In this document: one piece after another, positions 36,881 through 44,666 of the stretch
Layout: every line of letters begins with the position of its first letter
How positions within the stretch are numbered: position 1 is the stretch's first letter
Virus record (IMG/VR): IMGVR_UViG_3300018481_000009
Location: 1-49,882 of that record
Reading direction: 5' to 3' (one strand)
Source of the DNA: a virus
Length of the DNA stretch: 49,882 nucleotides
Program-made: the position numbers and the translations under genes
Notes under the pieces: model-generated
What the model saw: only the letters and a program-made list of their open reading frames with translations
What the model was told of the DNA's origin: nothing
Database searches by the model: none

Positions 36881-37216
36881 TTGTCATACACCAAGGGAGA
36901 CATCATCCCGGCGAAGGAGTTCTTCGTCAGCAAGTACCTCGTCACCCGACACTTTGGAGGACGCGAAGAGGGCGGTTGGTGGTACGACCGGAGTCAGTTC
37001 GACGAGGTCATCAGTCGCTTTACCACAGAGGAGGCGGCGTACGCAACGGCCAGAAGGCTCAACCAACACGCCAAGGACGAGAAACGTCAGGCCAACGGCA
37101 GTCGCTACCAAGGCCGGTTCTCAGTCGCCAACCACACCGACCAAGTGTACTACGTGGACTTCAAGCAAGTCGGAGAAGGCGACGACACCGACCAACCTCG
37201 ACCGCACTACGAGTAA
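36881..37216 (+). CDS. hypothetical protein
   Basis: TTG start 7 nt after GAAGGAGG. Confidence 0.55.
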   Translation: MSYTKGDIIPAKEFFVSKYLVTRHFGGREEGGWWYDRSQFDEVISRFTTEEAAYATARRLNQHAKDEKRQANGSRYQGRFSVANHTDQVYYVDFKQVGEGDDTDQPRPHYE

Positions 37217-37227
37217 CCCACAGGGCC

Positions 37228-37270
37228 GGGCTGACAGGCAGATCATCGGGTTCGAGTCCCGACAGTCCAC
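37228..37270 (+). ncRNA. tRNA-like minihelix 2
   Basis: GGGCTG / 12-nt linker / TCGGG-TTCGAGT-CCCGA / CAGTCC (one G.U pair). Confidence 0.55.
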
Positions 37271-37378
37271 TTACATCGCAAACCAAATAACCATTCAGGT
37301 GTTGGTCATATCCTTATCGCAGTGTAAGGGTGCGATAGTAGACTTCCAGTAGGAAGATTCAGGAACCACGCGAAGGAG

Positions 37379-37762
37379 GTGATTACCATCAATCAATACG
37401 AATTCCTAGTCGAAATGGACGGCATGATCGAGTCCACAGAAGAGTTCATTCGAGACGACGAGCTCACCAAGGACAACGATCCGGAAGGCCGACTCAAGGA
37501 TCTCGCAGCACTCAACCACGTCCGGAATCTCTGGACAGAGGTCTTCAAGACCGAACCCACAGATACTCCAGCCGAGTTGCTCGTCCAAGGTCTGGGCGAT
37601 GCCTTCAGCTACACAGGAGACAACAACCGAGACCTCATCTCGGATTCCAGTTTCCCAATCGCCAGCACCGTCGAGGAACTCCAGGTCGAGTTCGCTTACC
37701 AGTTCCTCATCACGTACATCACACACAACGAAGAGCTAATCAACAACAACCTCAAGGACTAA
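37379..37762 (+). CDS. acidic hypothetical protein
   Basis: GTG just after GAAGGAGG. Confidence 0.6.
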   Translation: MITINQYEFLVEMDGMIESTEEFIRDDELTKDNDPEGRLKDLAALNHVRNLWTEVFKTEPTDTPAELLVQGLGDAFSYTGDNNRDLISDSSFPIASTVEELQVEFAYQFLITYITHNEELINNNLKD

Positions 37763-37840
37763 CACATTCCGCTAAACACACAGATCATTCGGAACGGGGA
37801 GCCACTCAAGCTTCACTGGTCCGATTTCCACGTAGCCGCT

Positions 37841-38107
37841 ATGGTATGCGCAGCGGCCTACGACAGTGGAGAGGGGCCGTTCGTCGGAGAACAGAAGGCG
37901 GAGGCCGAGGGATACCCAGAACAGCCACAGGGAATCTCACCAAGGAACTCCTTCGAGCTGGCAGCCTACCACGTCATCGCGGCTACGCCCCTCAATTCCG
38001 GAAGCTACACTTTGAAGGGAGAGCACAAGTTCGTCGACATCACCGACGGCGAGATACTCCACCTTCTCCCGGGCGACATTCTCGACATGTCCCGGAGTTA
38101 CAAATAG
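37841..38107 (+). CDS. hypothetical protein (start uncertain)
   Basis: no RBS before ATG 37841; the frame is open back to the previous stop. Confidence 0.5.
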   Translation: MVCAAAYDSGEGPFVGEQKAEAEGYPEQPQGISPRNSFELAAYHVIAATPLNSGSYTLKGEHKFVDITDGEILHLLPGDILDMSRSYK

Positions 38108-38108
38108 G

Positions 38109-38351
38109 ATGGCACAGAATCTCAGTCACACAGAGGTGAAGGAGTTGGCGGAGAAGCTCACCCAGCACGTCGCCAACGAGATCGCCTCAGCCATCGACGC
38201 CGGGTCCGAGCGGGACGCGGTGGAAGAAGACCTCGCCGAGTTCTTTTACCACTACGTCCTGGGGTGGAGTAACAACCCGGAGATAGTAACCACGTACGAC
38301 AAGGAGCGGATGAACCTTCTCGACAGAACGTTGAGGAAGCTCGCCGAGTAG
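38109..38351 (+). CDS. hypothetical protein
   Basis: ATG 1 nt after the upstream TAG. Confidence 0.6.
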   Translation: MAQNLSHTEVKELAEKLTQHVANEIASAIDAGSERDAVEEDLAEFFYHYVLGWSNNPEIVTTYDKERMNLLDRTLRKLAE

Positions 38352-38359
38352 TCAAGGTC

Positions 38360-38403
38360 GCCGGGGGTTGGTGAAGTGGAGGGTTCGACTCCCTCGCCCG
38401 GCA
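38360..38403 (+). ncRNA. tRNA-like minihelix 3
   Basis: GCCGGG / 13-nt linker / GAGGG-TTCGACT-CCCTC / (G)CCCGGC + A. Confidence 0.6.
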
Positions 38404-38435
38404 TAGTTCCCGTCAACCACAGGAAGGAATCAGCC

Positions 38436-38759
38436 ATCATCCACATCGAGTTGTCAATCGAGCCTCATTACAGCGAGGTCCGGTACAAGCCGTGGGATCG
38501 CGAGAACGAGCCACATCCGTCGTTCGAGCTACAGCCCGGCAGTCCTCCACCTCACGTGATTCTCAAACGAGAGTACGAAACGTGGGACGAGGCTCAGCAC
38601 TTCGTCATGGACATCCTGGACCTCCGGCCCACCAAGGACTTCGAGTCCGTCTTCGACAACCCGGAGAACGAGTACGTCCAGGTCGAGATCGAGTTGATGG
38701 ACCAGACCGAGACGCTATACACCAAAGCCTGTCTTTCAATCGAAGGGAACGAGCAGTGA
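38436..38759 (+). CDS. hypothetical protein; start unresolved (ATC 38436 after AGGAAGGA; alternative GTG 38376 inside the minihelix)
   Basis: ORF open from 38352; the SD-like sequence lies 7 nt upstream of ATC. Confidence 0.5.
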   Translation: MIHIELSIEPHYSEVRYKPWDRENEPHPSFELQPGSPPPHVILKREYETWDEAQHFVMDILDLRPTKDFESVFDNPENEYVQVEIELMDQTETLYTKACLSIEGNEQ

Positions 38760-39064
38760 GTTCACTCGCAGAAGTACGGCAGAAGATCGCCGAGCAAGGA
38801 GGTCCGAAACTCGTCAACACCGAGTTCACCGAGGCTCTCCTCATCCACAGGGAGACCGGCTACTACCAAGAGCTGATCGGACCATTCAACCTGGACGACA
38901 CCCAGGACATCCGAGTCTTCATCAGCCACAGGATGCTGGAGGGCAAGGAGACGGCGATCCTCCTCTTCCAAGACGCAACCGACGACGTCTTCCTCAACCA
39001 CAACGCGGAGGGATTGGAGCCGTACACCGGCGACAACCCGGGAGGTATCTACTACATCAATTAG
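38756..39064 (+). CDS. hypothetical protein
   Basis: GTGA coupling. Confidence 0.6.
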   Translation: MSSLAEVRQKIAEQGGPKLVNTEFTEALLIHRETGYYQELIGPFNLDDTQDIRVFISHRMLEGKETAILLFQDATDDVFLNHNAEGLEPYTGDNPGGIYYIN

Positions 39065-39161
39065 CAACTGGTGTAAGAACATTTTATCCAGTCTTTAGAC
39101 TGCGTTAGTATCCTTACAGGGTAAGGCAAAAGAGTAGTTCAACTCAACCAGGAGGCCCAAA

Positions 39162-39356
39162 GTGGCAACCACCAAGAAGCACACCGAGACCCCCCGCAAG
39201 ATCGCAGAGGAGCTGGGAGTCACCCCCGTCCAGTTCCGCATCTTCCTCCGAGAGCAGGGCGTCGGGGTCGGGAGGGGCAAGCGATACCGCTTCACCAAGA
39301 AGCAGGCCGAGAAGCTGGTCAAGAAGTACAACAGGCAGTACCCGCCGGTCGAGTAG
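39162..39356 (+). CDS. hypothetical protein with VGRG..Y.F domain (paralog B)
   Basis: CAGGAGG RBS before GTG; sequence similarity to 35413-35736. Confidence 0.7.
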   Translation: MATTKKHTETPRKIAEELGVTPVQFRIFLREQGVGVGRGKRYRFTKKQAEKLVKKYNRQYPPVE

Positions 39357-39358
39357 CA

Positions 39359-39589
39359 GTGAAGACCAAGATGATGGTCGGCCCTCTCCGAATTATGTTC
39401 GGGGGGGCCGGCCAGGGTGAAGTGTACCCAAAAAGTGCGATCCAAAGTGGAGGAGGGTACAGACTCACCCACAGGGTCAAGAGGGATCGCCACCGTATCA
39501 CAATCCGAGATCCGCATGGTAAACTCATGGCCAGGGTCAACCTAACACATCAGGAATGGAAGGAGTTCGTGAATGCCACCACAGGTTAG
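39359..39589 (+). CDS. hypothetical protein
   Basis: ORF only; weak RBS. Confidence 0.45.
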   Translation: MKTKMMVGPLRIMFGGAGQGEVYPKSAIQSGGGYRLTHRVKRDRHRITIRDPHGKLMARVNLTHQEWKEFVNATTG

Positions 39590-39770
39590 CAAGACAAGAG
39601 TTCTCGAGCTCATCGAGGACGGAAGGTTCGACGACATGTTGGAGCCGATGGGGAACGCAATCCTCAGACGGCTGAAGATCGTCAAGGCCCGGAAGGAACG
39701 GGCGGAGAAGCTCAAGAGGCGTCGGGAAAAGGCCAACGAGGCCCGCAAGGGCACAGGGGTGAGAAAGTGA
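39573..39770 (+). CDS. basic hypothetical protein
   Basis: GGAAGGAG RBS 7 nt upstream. Confidence 0.6.
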   Translation: MPPQVSKTRVLELIEDGRFDDMLEPMGNAILRRLKIVKARKERAEKLKRRREKANEARKGTGVRK

Positions 39771-39774
39771 GAAA

Positions 39775-40071
39775 GTGGTGAACGACATCGAGAAGGCGTA
39801 CTACGGAGGCTTCGTCGAGGCGTTACTGTTCGCCCAAGCTTCCAACGACGTGGAGGGAGGCAGTCAAACACTCAAGACACACCTGCCATCCCCCACGGAT
39901 ACCGACTGGCGAGGATTCCTCTTCGACCCCATCAAGATGATAGAGGCCATCAAAGAGCTGGATGAGGAGGCCGGCATCGTCATGTGGAGGATGGGCAGAG
40001 ACGAGTACAACAGCGTCACCGTCGAGTTGGCCGGGTCGGAAGGATACCACGGATTGCCCGACTGGACATGA
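39775..40071 (+). CDS. hypothetical protein
   Basis: GTG start; ORF. Confidence 0.5.
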   Translation: MVNDIEKAYYGGFVEALLFAQASNDVEGGSQTLKTHLPSPTDTDWRGFLFDPIKMIEAIKELDEEAGIVMWRMGRDEYNSVTVELAGSEGYHGLPDWT

Positions 40072-40277
40072 GTCTCACCGACGAGACGATCCTCTACCAG
40101 CTCGAGAAGGTTGACCAGGGCGGTGCCATCTCGGACATCTTCGAGGAGTACACCGCGTACGTCGCCAAGGAACTCGGGCTGACAGTCAACGAAGAACCAG
40201 AACACCCATGCTACGGCATGATCGAGTTACCAGACGGACGCCACGCCTACCTACAACACGGAGCGGTCATCGAATGA
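40068..40277 (+). CDS. hypothetical protein
   Basis: ATGA coupling. Confidence 0.55.
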   Translation: MSLTDETILYQLEKVDQGGAISDIFEEYTAYVAKELGLTVNEEPEHPCYGMIELPDGRHAYLQHGAVIE

Positions 40278-40405
40278 CAGAGGAACAGATCGAAGAGCTG
40301 GCGGACACCCTGATCAAGGTGTTGCCAGAAGCATTCAAGGCCACAGTGGAGGAGTGGGACCTACTCCGTGTACGGTTCATCATGGTCATTCGGGACCGGA
40401 CATGA
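40274..40405 (+). CDS. 43-aa hypothetical protein
   Basis: ATGA overlaps at both ends. Confidence 0.5.
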   Translation: MTEEQIEELADTLIKVLPEAFKATVEEWDLLRVRFIMVIRDRT

Positions 40406-40602
40406 TCAGCCACACCGAGTTCGAGCAGATCAAACACGCCATCGAAACAGTGGCCAACCGTGAGCTGGACATCATGGAGTGGCCGTGGGGTCAGGTGGAC
40501 AGAGACGAGAACGACGGGATCACCGTCATCTTGTTCCCCGACGGATTCGACCTGGAACCGGACGAGGAGGACATCCCCGATCCACAGGAGTTACAGAACT
40601 AA
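40402..40602 (+). CDS. acidic hypothetical protein
   Basis: ATGA coupling; last gene of the block. Confidence 0.55.
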   Translation: MISHTEFEQIKHAIETVANRELDIMEWPWGQVDRDENDGITVILFPDGFDLEPDEEDIPDPQELQN

Positions 40603-40677
40603 CACAAGGATGAGGACCACGACAGTCCAGAACACCAGGGCAACTCCAAAGATGCGTCGTAGGGAGCTGCGTTCCAT
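40591..40677 (-). CDS. possible 28-aa TM peptide (MERSSLRRIFGVALVFWTVVVLILVLVL)
   Basis: hydrophobic ORF 25 nt after the HTH gene stop; no clear RBS. Confidence 0.3.
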   Translation of the reverse strand: MERSSLRRIFGVALVFWTVVVLILVLVL

Positions 40678-40702
40678 GCCCAGCTTGACGGGAGGCTTTT
40701 CA

Positions 40703-41050
40703 TCATTCATCAACGATCTCCGCCTTGTTGTGGTAGTAGCGCTGCAGCTTGCCATCGAGTCCATCCAGCGCGGCCTCTGCCATCATTGCTCGTTCACGCC
40801 AGTACACGACATCATGACTCGATGCGGAATCCTTGAGGAGCCAATGCATCAGGAGAGCGGTAGACGATGCTATCCGTCCGTTCTCCCACCTATAGAACGC
40901 CGACCTTGAGATGCCCGCCTCTGATGCTGCCTGTGTTGTACTCAGGTCACGTGCTACTCGTGACTCCTTGATCAATCGCCCTACAAATTGCTTCTGTTCG
41001 GGGGTCGCCTCAATCCACCCATACACTGCAGTCAATTTTACTCCGTCCAT
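40703..41050 (-). CDS. XRE-family helix-turn-helix transcriptional regulator
   Basis: LSTTQAASEAGISRSAFYRWENG HTH; ATG 41050 chosen because the 41083 start would abut the terminator hairpin. Confidence 0.7.
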   Translation of the reverse strand: MDGVKLTAVYGWIEATPEQKQFVGRLIKESRVARDLSTTQAASEAGISRSAFYRWENGRIASSTALLMHWLLKDSASSHDVVYWRERAMMAEAALDGLDGKLQRYYHNKAEIVDE

Positions 41051-41066
41051 TTTTTGGTCACCGCAC

Positions 41067-41079
41067 TTGCGAATCGCAA
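41067..41079. promoter_or_regulatory. inverted repeat TTGCGA-A-TCGCAA (candidate operator)
   Basis: perfect 6-1-6 palindrome 17 nt upstream of the HTH gene start. Confidence 0.4.
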
Positions 41080-41081
41080 AC

Positions 41082-41102
41082 AAGGCCCCTTTAGGGGGCC
41101 TT
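41082..41102 (-). terminator. intrinsic terminator-like hairpin AAGGCCCC-TTTAG-GGGGCCTT
   Basis: 8-bp stem; followed by TTTG on the minus strand; 28 nt after the primase-helicase stop. Confidence 0.6.
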
Positions 41103-41129
41103 TGGCGATCGACACTCTTTCATGCAAAA

Positions 41130-43142
41130 CTACTGTGACGATTTGACGATGAACAGTTTGTGTGAGCCGTTGGTGCGGGTATCTTTGACTGCGTATCCTG
41201 CCTTCTCCGCACGGCGTCTGGCGGCCCTGATACTGATGTCCAGCGCGTCTGCCACGGTGCGTATTGCCACTCGGCCGTCGTTGTCCTCCACCAGGTCCTC
41301 CAGCGTGTTGTACTCCTCCGCGGCCTTGGCCCTGGGACTGCCAACCTGTACGGTGTACGCTGGGTCGTCGTCAGTGCCAAGGTCGAACTGGACGTCCAGG
41401 CGGCCTCTGGAGGCATGTCCCCTGTGGAGGGGCACCATGTGCACGAACGATTCGGCCTCATTCGGTCGGTCCAGTAGCAACGCGGACTCGTACCACCTGC
41501 CGAAAACTCCCGTGCCGCTGATCCTCTCGGTCATGCTCTTGACAGGGTTCTCGGCGTTGGCCTTTTTGAAGTGGTGAATGATGAGAGTACCACAGCCATA
41601 CCGTTGTTTGATCTTCAACAGCCGTTGTAACACCGGCGTCATCTGGTGGGCGGAGTTCTCGTCGACTCCCTCGGCCATCAAGTACAACGGGTCGAGGATG
41701 AGCAGCTGAGGGTTGATCCTGCGAATCTGCTTGCGCAGCCACCGGACATCGGACTCCTCCGTCAAGTCAAAGTCGATCAGCCCGGACGGCATGAACAGCG
41801 GGTACTCCGACCCCTTGATCTTGAGTGCTCGCGCGCCGTTGGTCGTGTACGACTCCCCCAACCCTCGCGACTGCTCGATCCTCTCGATCATGTCCTGCAC
41901 GTCCCCGAGCTGGTTCTCCTTCTGAATCATGATCACGGGCCCTTGCTTCGGCACCGGAAACTGATTGAGGAAGTTGCTACCCGACGCGACCGAGATAGCC
42001 ATGTCGAGTGCGACCAGACTCTTGAAACTCTTGGGTGGCCCAGCGATTACCCCGTGAGCGTGTCCACTCCAGATTCCCTCAACCGTCCACCTTGTCCTCG
42101 GAATCTTCTTGCGTCGGAACTCGTCGACTCTGACCAGTTGCCTCCTGGTCCCTTCGCTTCGCTTCCTCGCGGATGCGGTTGATCCGTTCTGCTTGGAGGT
42201 GCTCTTTCCGTTCTTGCGGGGTGCCTCCTTTCGCGAGTTCTTCGATGAGTTCGTTGATACTGTGTCGGCCGCCTTGTTTACTTCGGACCATAGTTGTTGG
42301 TCCTCTCGTTGTTGGCCCCTGTACTTGTTGCACGGTGCTGCTTTCACCATGACAAATGACTGTGCGGGTGGCACCCCTACCTCCGCCAGTAACATCTCCA
42401 ACTTGTACAACGCCTCACTACGGCTTCCCACCGGTACTGCTTCCTTCAGCAACCGCTTTGCCTCGATCGTGAGCTTAGGTCCCCAGCGCTTCCGCAGCCT
42501 CTGGGGCGTGCTCTTGCTGACCTTGAAGTCCGCCAGCTCACCTGCTACTTGGATACCCACAGGTGTAGATTTCACCGCGTCGTATATCGCGGCAGCCTCG
42601 TACACGGTCTTGGGTGAGTACCACAAGAGGTTCACCTTCCTGTGGTCCCCACGCTTGTTGTTGAAGCTGCCGGGTACCCTCAGTACCTTGGTGCAACTCC
42701 AACCGCCCTTGTCAGCCCCAATGTGGTACGTGAGAAGCTGGTTCACCCGCTCGAACTGATCTGGGCGTAGCGGTCTCTCTAAGAGCCACATGGCCTGAAA
42801 CCGACCTTCCGAGGTCTCCCAGGCTATTGTCGGCCTCAGGTGGGCCGCTATGCTATCCGGTACGACCTCATCTAGATCAGCGTAGAGCCACTTGCCCGGG
42901 AGAGCGAATTGTTTCTGCCGCCGCGGCTCCGAGAAGAGCGTCGGGGCGAAGTAGAGGTCATCGAGCGTCGGAAGCTTCTTGAGGTCCAACGCTGGGATGT
43001 CCTGCCAACTGCCTGTGGTCCAATCCTTGGCAGCGAGGATGGCGTGGTAGTCGCCTGTACCTCGATACTGCAACTTCCACATGGCAGTAACAAACTTGGA
43101 TGCGAAATCTAAGGGCACATCATCAGCTCCAGTCGAGAACAA
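41130..43142 (-). CDS. bifunctional primase-polymerase / RepA-DnaB-like helicase
   Basis: N-terminal YADLDEV and TIAWETSEGRFQAMW (prim-pol-like); central GPPKSFKS Walker A and LLILDPL Walker B; TTG start uncertain. Confidence 0.75.
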   Translation of the reverse strand: MFSTGADDVPLDFASKFVTAMWKLQYRGTGDYHAILAAKDWTTGSWQDIPALDLKKLPTLDDLYFAPTLFSEPRRQKQFALPGKWLYADLDEVVPDSIAAHLRPTIAWETSEGRFQAMWLLERPLRPDQFERVNQLLTYHIGADKGGWSCTKVLRVPGSFNNKRGDHRKVNLLWYSPKTVYEAAAIYDAVKSTPVGIQVAGELADFKVSKSTPQRLRKRWGPKLTIEAKRLLKEAVPVGSRSEALYKLEMLLAEVGVPPAQSFVMVKAAPCNKYRGQQREDQQLWSEVNKAADTVSTNSSKNSRKEAPRKNGKSTSKQNGSTASARKRSEGTRRQLVRVDEFRRKKIPRTRWTVEGIWSGHAHGVIAGPPKSFKSLVALDMAISVASGSNFLNQFPVPKQGPVIMIQKENQLGDVQDMIERIEQSRGLGESYTTNGARALKIKGSEYPLFMPSGLIDFDLTEESDVRWLRKQIRRINPQLLILDPLYLMAEGVDENSAHQMTPVLQRLLKIKQRYGCGTLIIHHFKKANAENPVKSMTERISGTGVFGRWYESALLLDRPNEAESFVHMVPLHRGHASRGRLDVQFDLGTDDDPAYTVQVGSPRAKAAEEYNTLEDLVEDNDGRVAIRTVADALDISIRAARRRAEKAGYAVKDTRTNGSHKLFIVKSSQ

Positions 43143-43188
43143 CAGAACCTATCCAGTATAGGGCACCGGGGCACCCTCTAGGAGTGGT

Positions 43189-43416
43189 CTAAGCCGACTT
43201 CAGCTGCGGCTTCGGGCGATGCTCCTTCCGCTCTTTGGCCAGTGCTCCGGCCTTGATGAGAGCCGCGCCCATGGCGATGGCTTCGTCAGGGTCGATGAAG
43301 GTGCCGTAGCGGTACATGATGATGTTGCCGTTGTCGGTCACCTTCAGGTTGTACGGCCTCCACCCACCGAACGAGCCGTCGTAGATGGTGGTCTGCTCTC
43401 TGTGGCTACTGGCCAT
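43189..43416 (-). CDS. hypothetical protein
   Basis: ORF; overlaps the upstream gene end. Confidence 0.5.
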   Translation of the reverse strand: MASSHREQTTIYDGSFGGWRPYNLKVTDNGNIIMYRYGTFIDPDEAIAMGAALIKAGALAKERKEHRPKPQLKSA

Positions 43417-43639
43417 GTGGTACCTCCTGTTTGATGGTCTTGAGCTCGGCCTGCAACTCCTTGACTCGTGCTAGACGGGCCTGTGCAAGTATCATGAACG
43501 AGCCGTCGGCATCCTCGCCCAGCATCTCCTCTGTCTCGGCCAACTCAGCCGCTTGCTGGGTGTGTAACGTGATCAACTGCTCAAGCTCGTATCGACGCCA
43601 GTCCGTCTGTGTCTCCGTCCCGTCGGGTGTTGTCGCCAT
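43406..43639 (-). CDS. coiled-coil hypothetical protein
   Basis: ATG 43639 is preceded by CGGAGGT; the longer ORF-track start has no RBS. Confidence 0.55.
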   Translation of the reverse strand: MATTPDGTETQTDWRRYELEQLITLHTQQAAELAETEEMLGEDADGSFMILAQARLARVKELQAELKTIKQEVPHGQ

Positions 43640-43765
43640 GCGATACCTCCGGTTGTAGTTAGCAGGGTGGCGGGGCTCCGTCCCTCCCCCGGTCGGCCGC
43701 CCCAACCACCCCTAGCCGGTTCCTATCCGGCCATCGTCCCGGGCGTCCTTGCCTCGGGCGATATC

Positions 43766-44047
43766 TTAGATGCCCTTGAGGGCATCGAGCGCTTGCGCGA
43801 GGACGGCTGCTTCGACTACCGCTGGTTCGATCTCCTGCCGGCGATACTTGATGTCGGCCAGGATGGTCTTGGCGGTGACTGGCGGTCGCTTGCGCGGTAA
43901 CGGTGCGTGCACCCGCGCTGACTGCTCCTCCGCCTTGCCTAAGACCAACCTCGCCGGATCGCCTGGGGCGAAGTCCAACTCTTGCTGCATCTGCCTCTCC
44001 CGTCGTAGAATGGCCTGGATGGCTGCTGCATGGGCGTAGCTACTCAC
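43766..44047 (-). CDS. hypothetical protein
   Basis: ORF overlapping the upstream stop by 8 nt. Confidence 0.5.
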   Translation of the reverse strand: MSSYAHAAAIQAILRRERQMQQELDFAPGDPARLVLGKAEEQSARVHAPLPRKRPPVTAKTILADIKYRRQEIEPAVVEAAVLAQALDALKGI

Positions 44048-44366
44048 TCAGATCGACTGGCGGCTTCCTACCGCTCTCCGAGTCCTTGGCGTGTGCTCGT
44101 AGGAGGTCCATGACCTTCTCAGTGATGAGCGGCCTGATGTCCTCCGGTACGTGGTCTCGGAAGATTCCGAGCGGGATGCCCTTGATGTACCCATCGAAGC
44201 GGAGGACTTCCTCCCAGTTCTCGTTGACCTCCCAGGCGGGCTTCCCCGTCTGTGGGTCGGTCTCCTGGTTGAACTCCTGCCAGAAGGCTCCTCCACAGGG
44301 GTGGTCCCAACCTACGACCACTCGCTCGGTGCCCTCTGGCCAGCGGGTGAGGATGATCCTGCTCAT
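44040..44366 (-). CDS. hypothetical protein
   Basis: ATG 44366 forms an ATGA overlap with the upstream stop. Confidence 0.55.
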   Translation of the reverse strand: MSRIILTRWPEGTERVVVGWDHPCGGAFWQEFNQETDPQTGKPAWEVNENWEEVLRFDGYIKGIPLGIFRDHVPEDIRPLITEKVMDLLRAHAKDSESGRKPPVDLSE

Positions 44367-44593
44367 GCGGCTGCGAACCCGTGCGGTCCCTGGTGCTCGA
44401 AGCCGGCCTTGTCGACCCAAACCCCCGACCCTTCCTGACCGAGGCTCTGGCTGTTCTCGACGAAGATCCACCCGTCGGAGTCCCAGTCGGTGACGGCCAA
44501 GAATGCTCTCGGCTGTTGTTCTGTCAACGACTTGGCCATGTACTCGGCCTGTCTCCTCGTGAATCGGGGTTCTGCCGGTTTGCTGCTCTCCAC
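44363..44593 (-). CDS. hypothetical protein
   Basis: GTG start after TAGGAG. Confidence 0.55.
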   Translation of the reverse strand: MESSKPAEPRFTRRQAEYMAKSLTEQQPRAFLAVTDWDSDGWIFVENSQSLGQEGSGVWVDKAGFEHQGPHGFAAA

Positions 44594-44640
44594 TTGCTAC
44601 TCCTATCGGTCATGGGGCGGTCCATCCCTCCCCTCCCTCC

Positions 44641-44646
44641 ATTATA
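44641..44646 (-). promoter_or_regulatory. candidate -10 hexamer TATAAT (minus strand)
   Basis: perfect TATAAT in a 73-nt gap, about 45 nt upstream of GTG 44593; no good -35. Confidence 0.35.
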
Positions 44647-44666
44647 CTAACAAAGGGGTCACCGCT

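Noticed and set aside
35982-38403. T-arm-like sequences as attP cores for tRNA-targeted integration
   Set aside because: No integrase or recombinase gene is recognisable anywhere in the genome. Each element also carries its own complementary 5' strand, which an attP core copied from a tRNA 3' end would not need.
38376-38759. ORF-track start GTG 38376 for the gene after el3
   Set aside because: The GTG lies inside the minihelix, at the linker/T-stem junction, while a much better SD (AGGAAGGA) sits 45 nt further downstream. It is kept only as an alternative.
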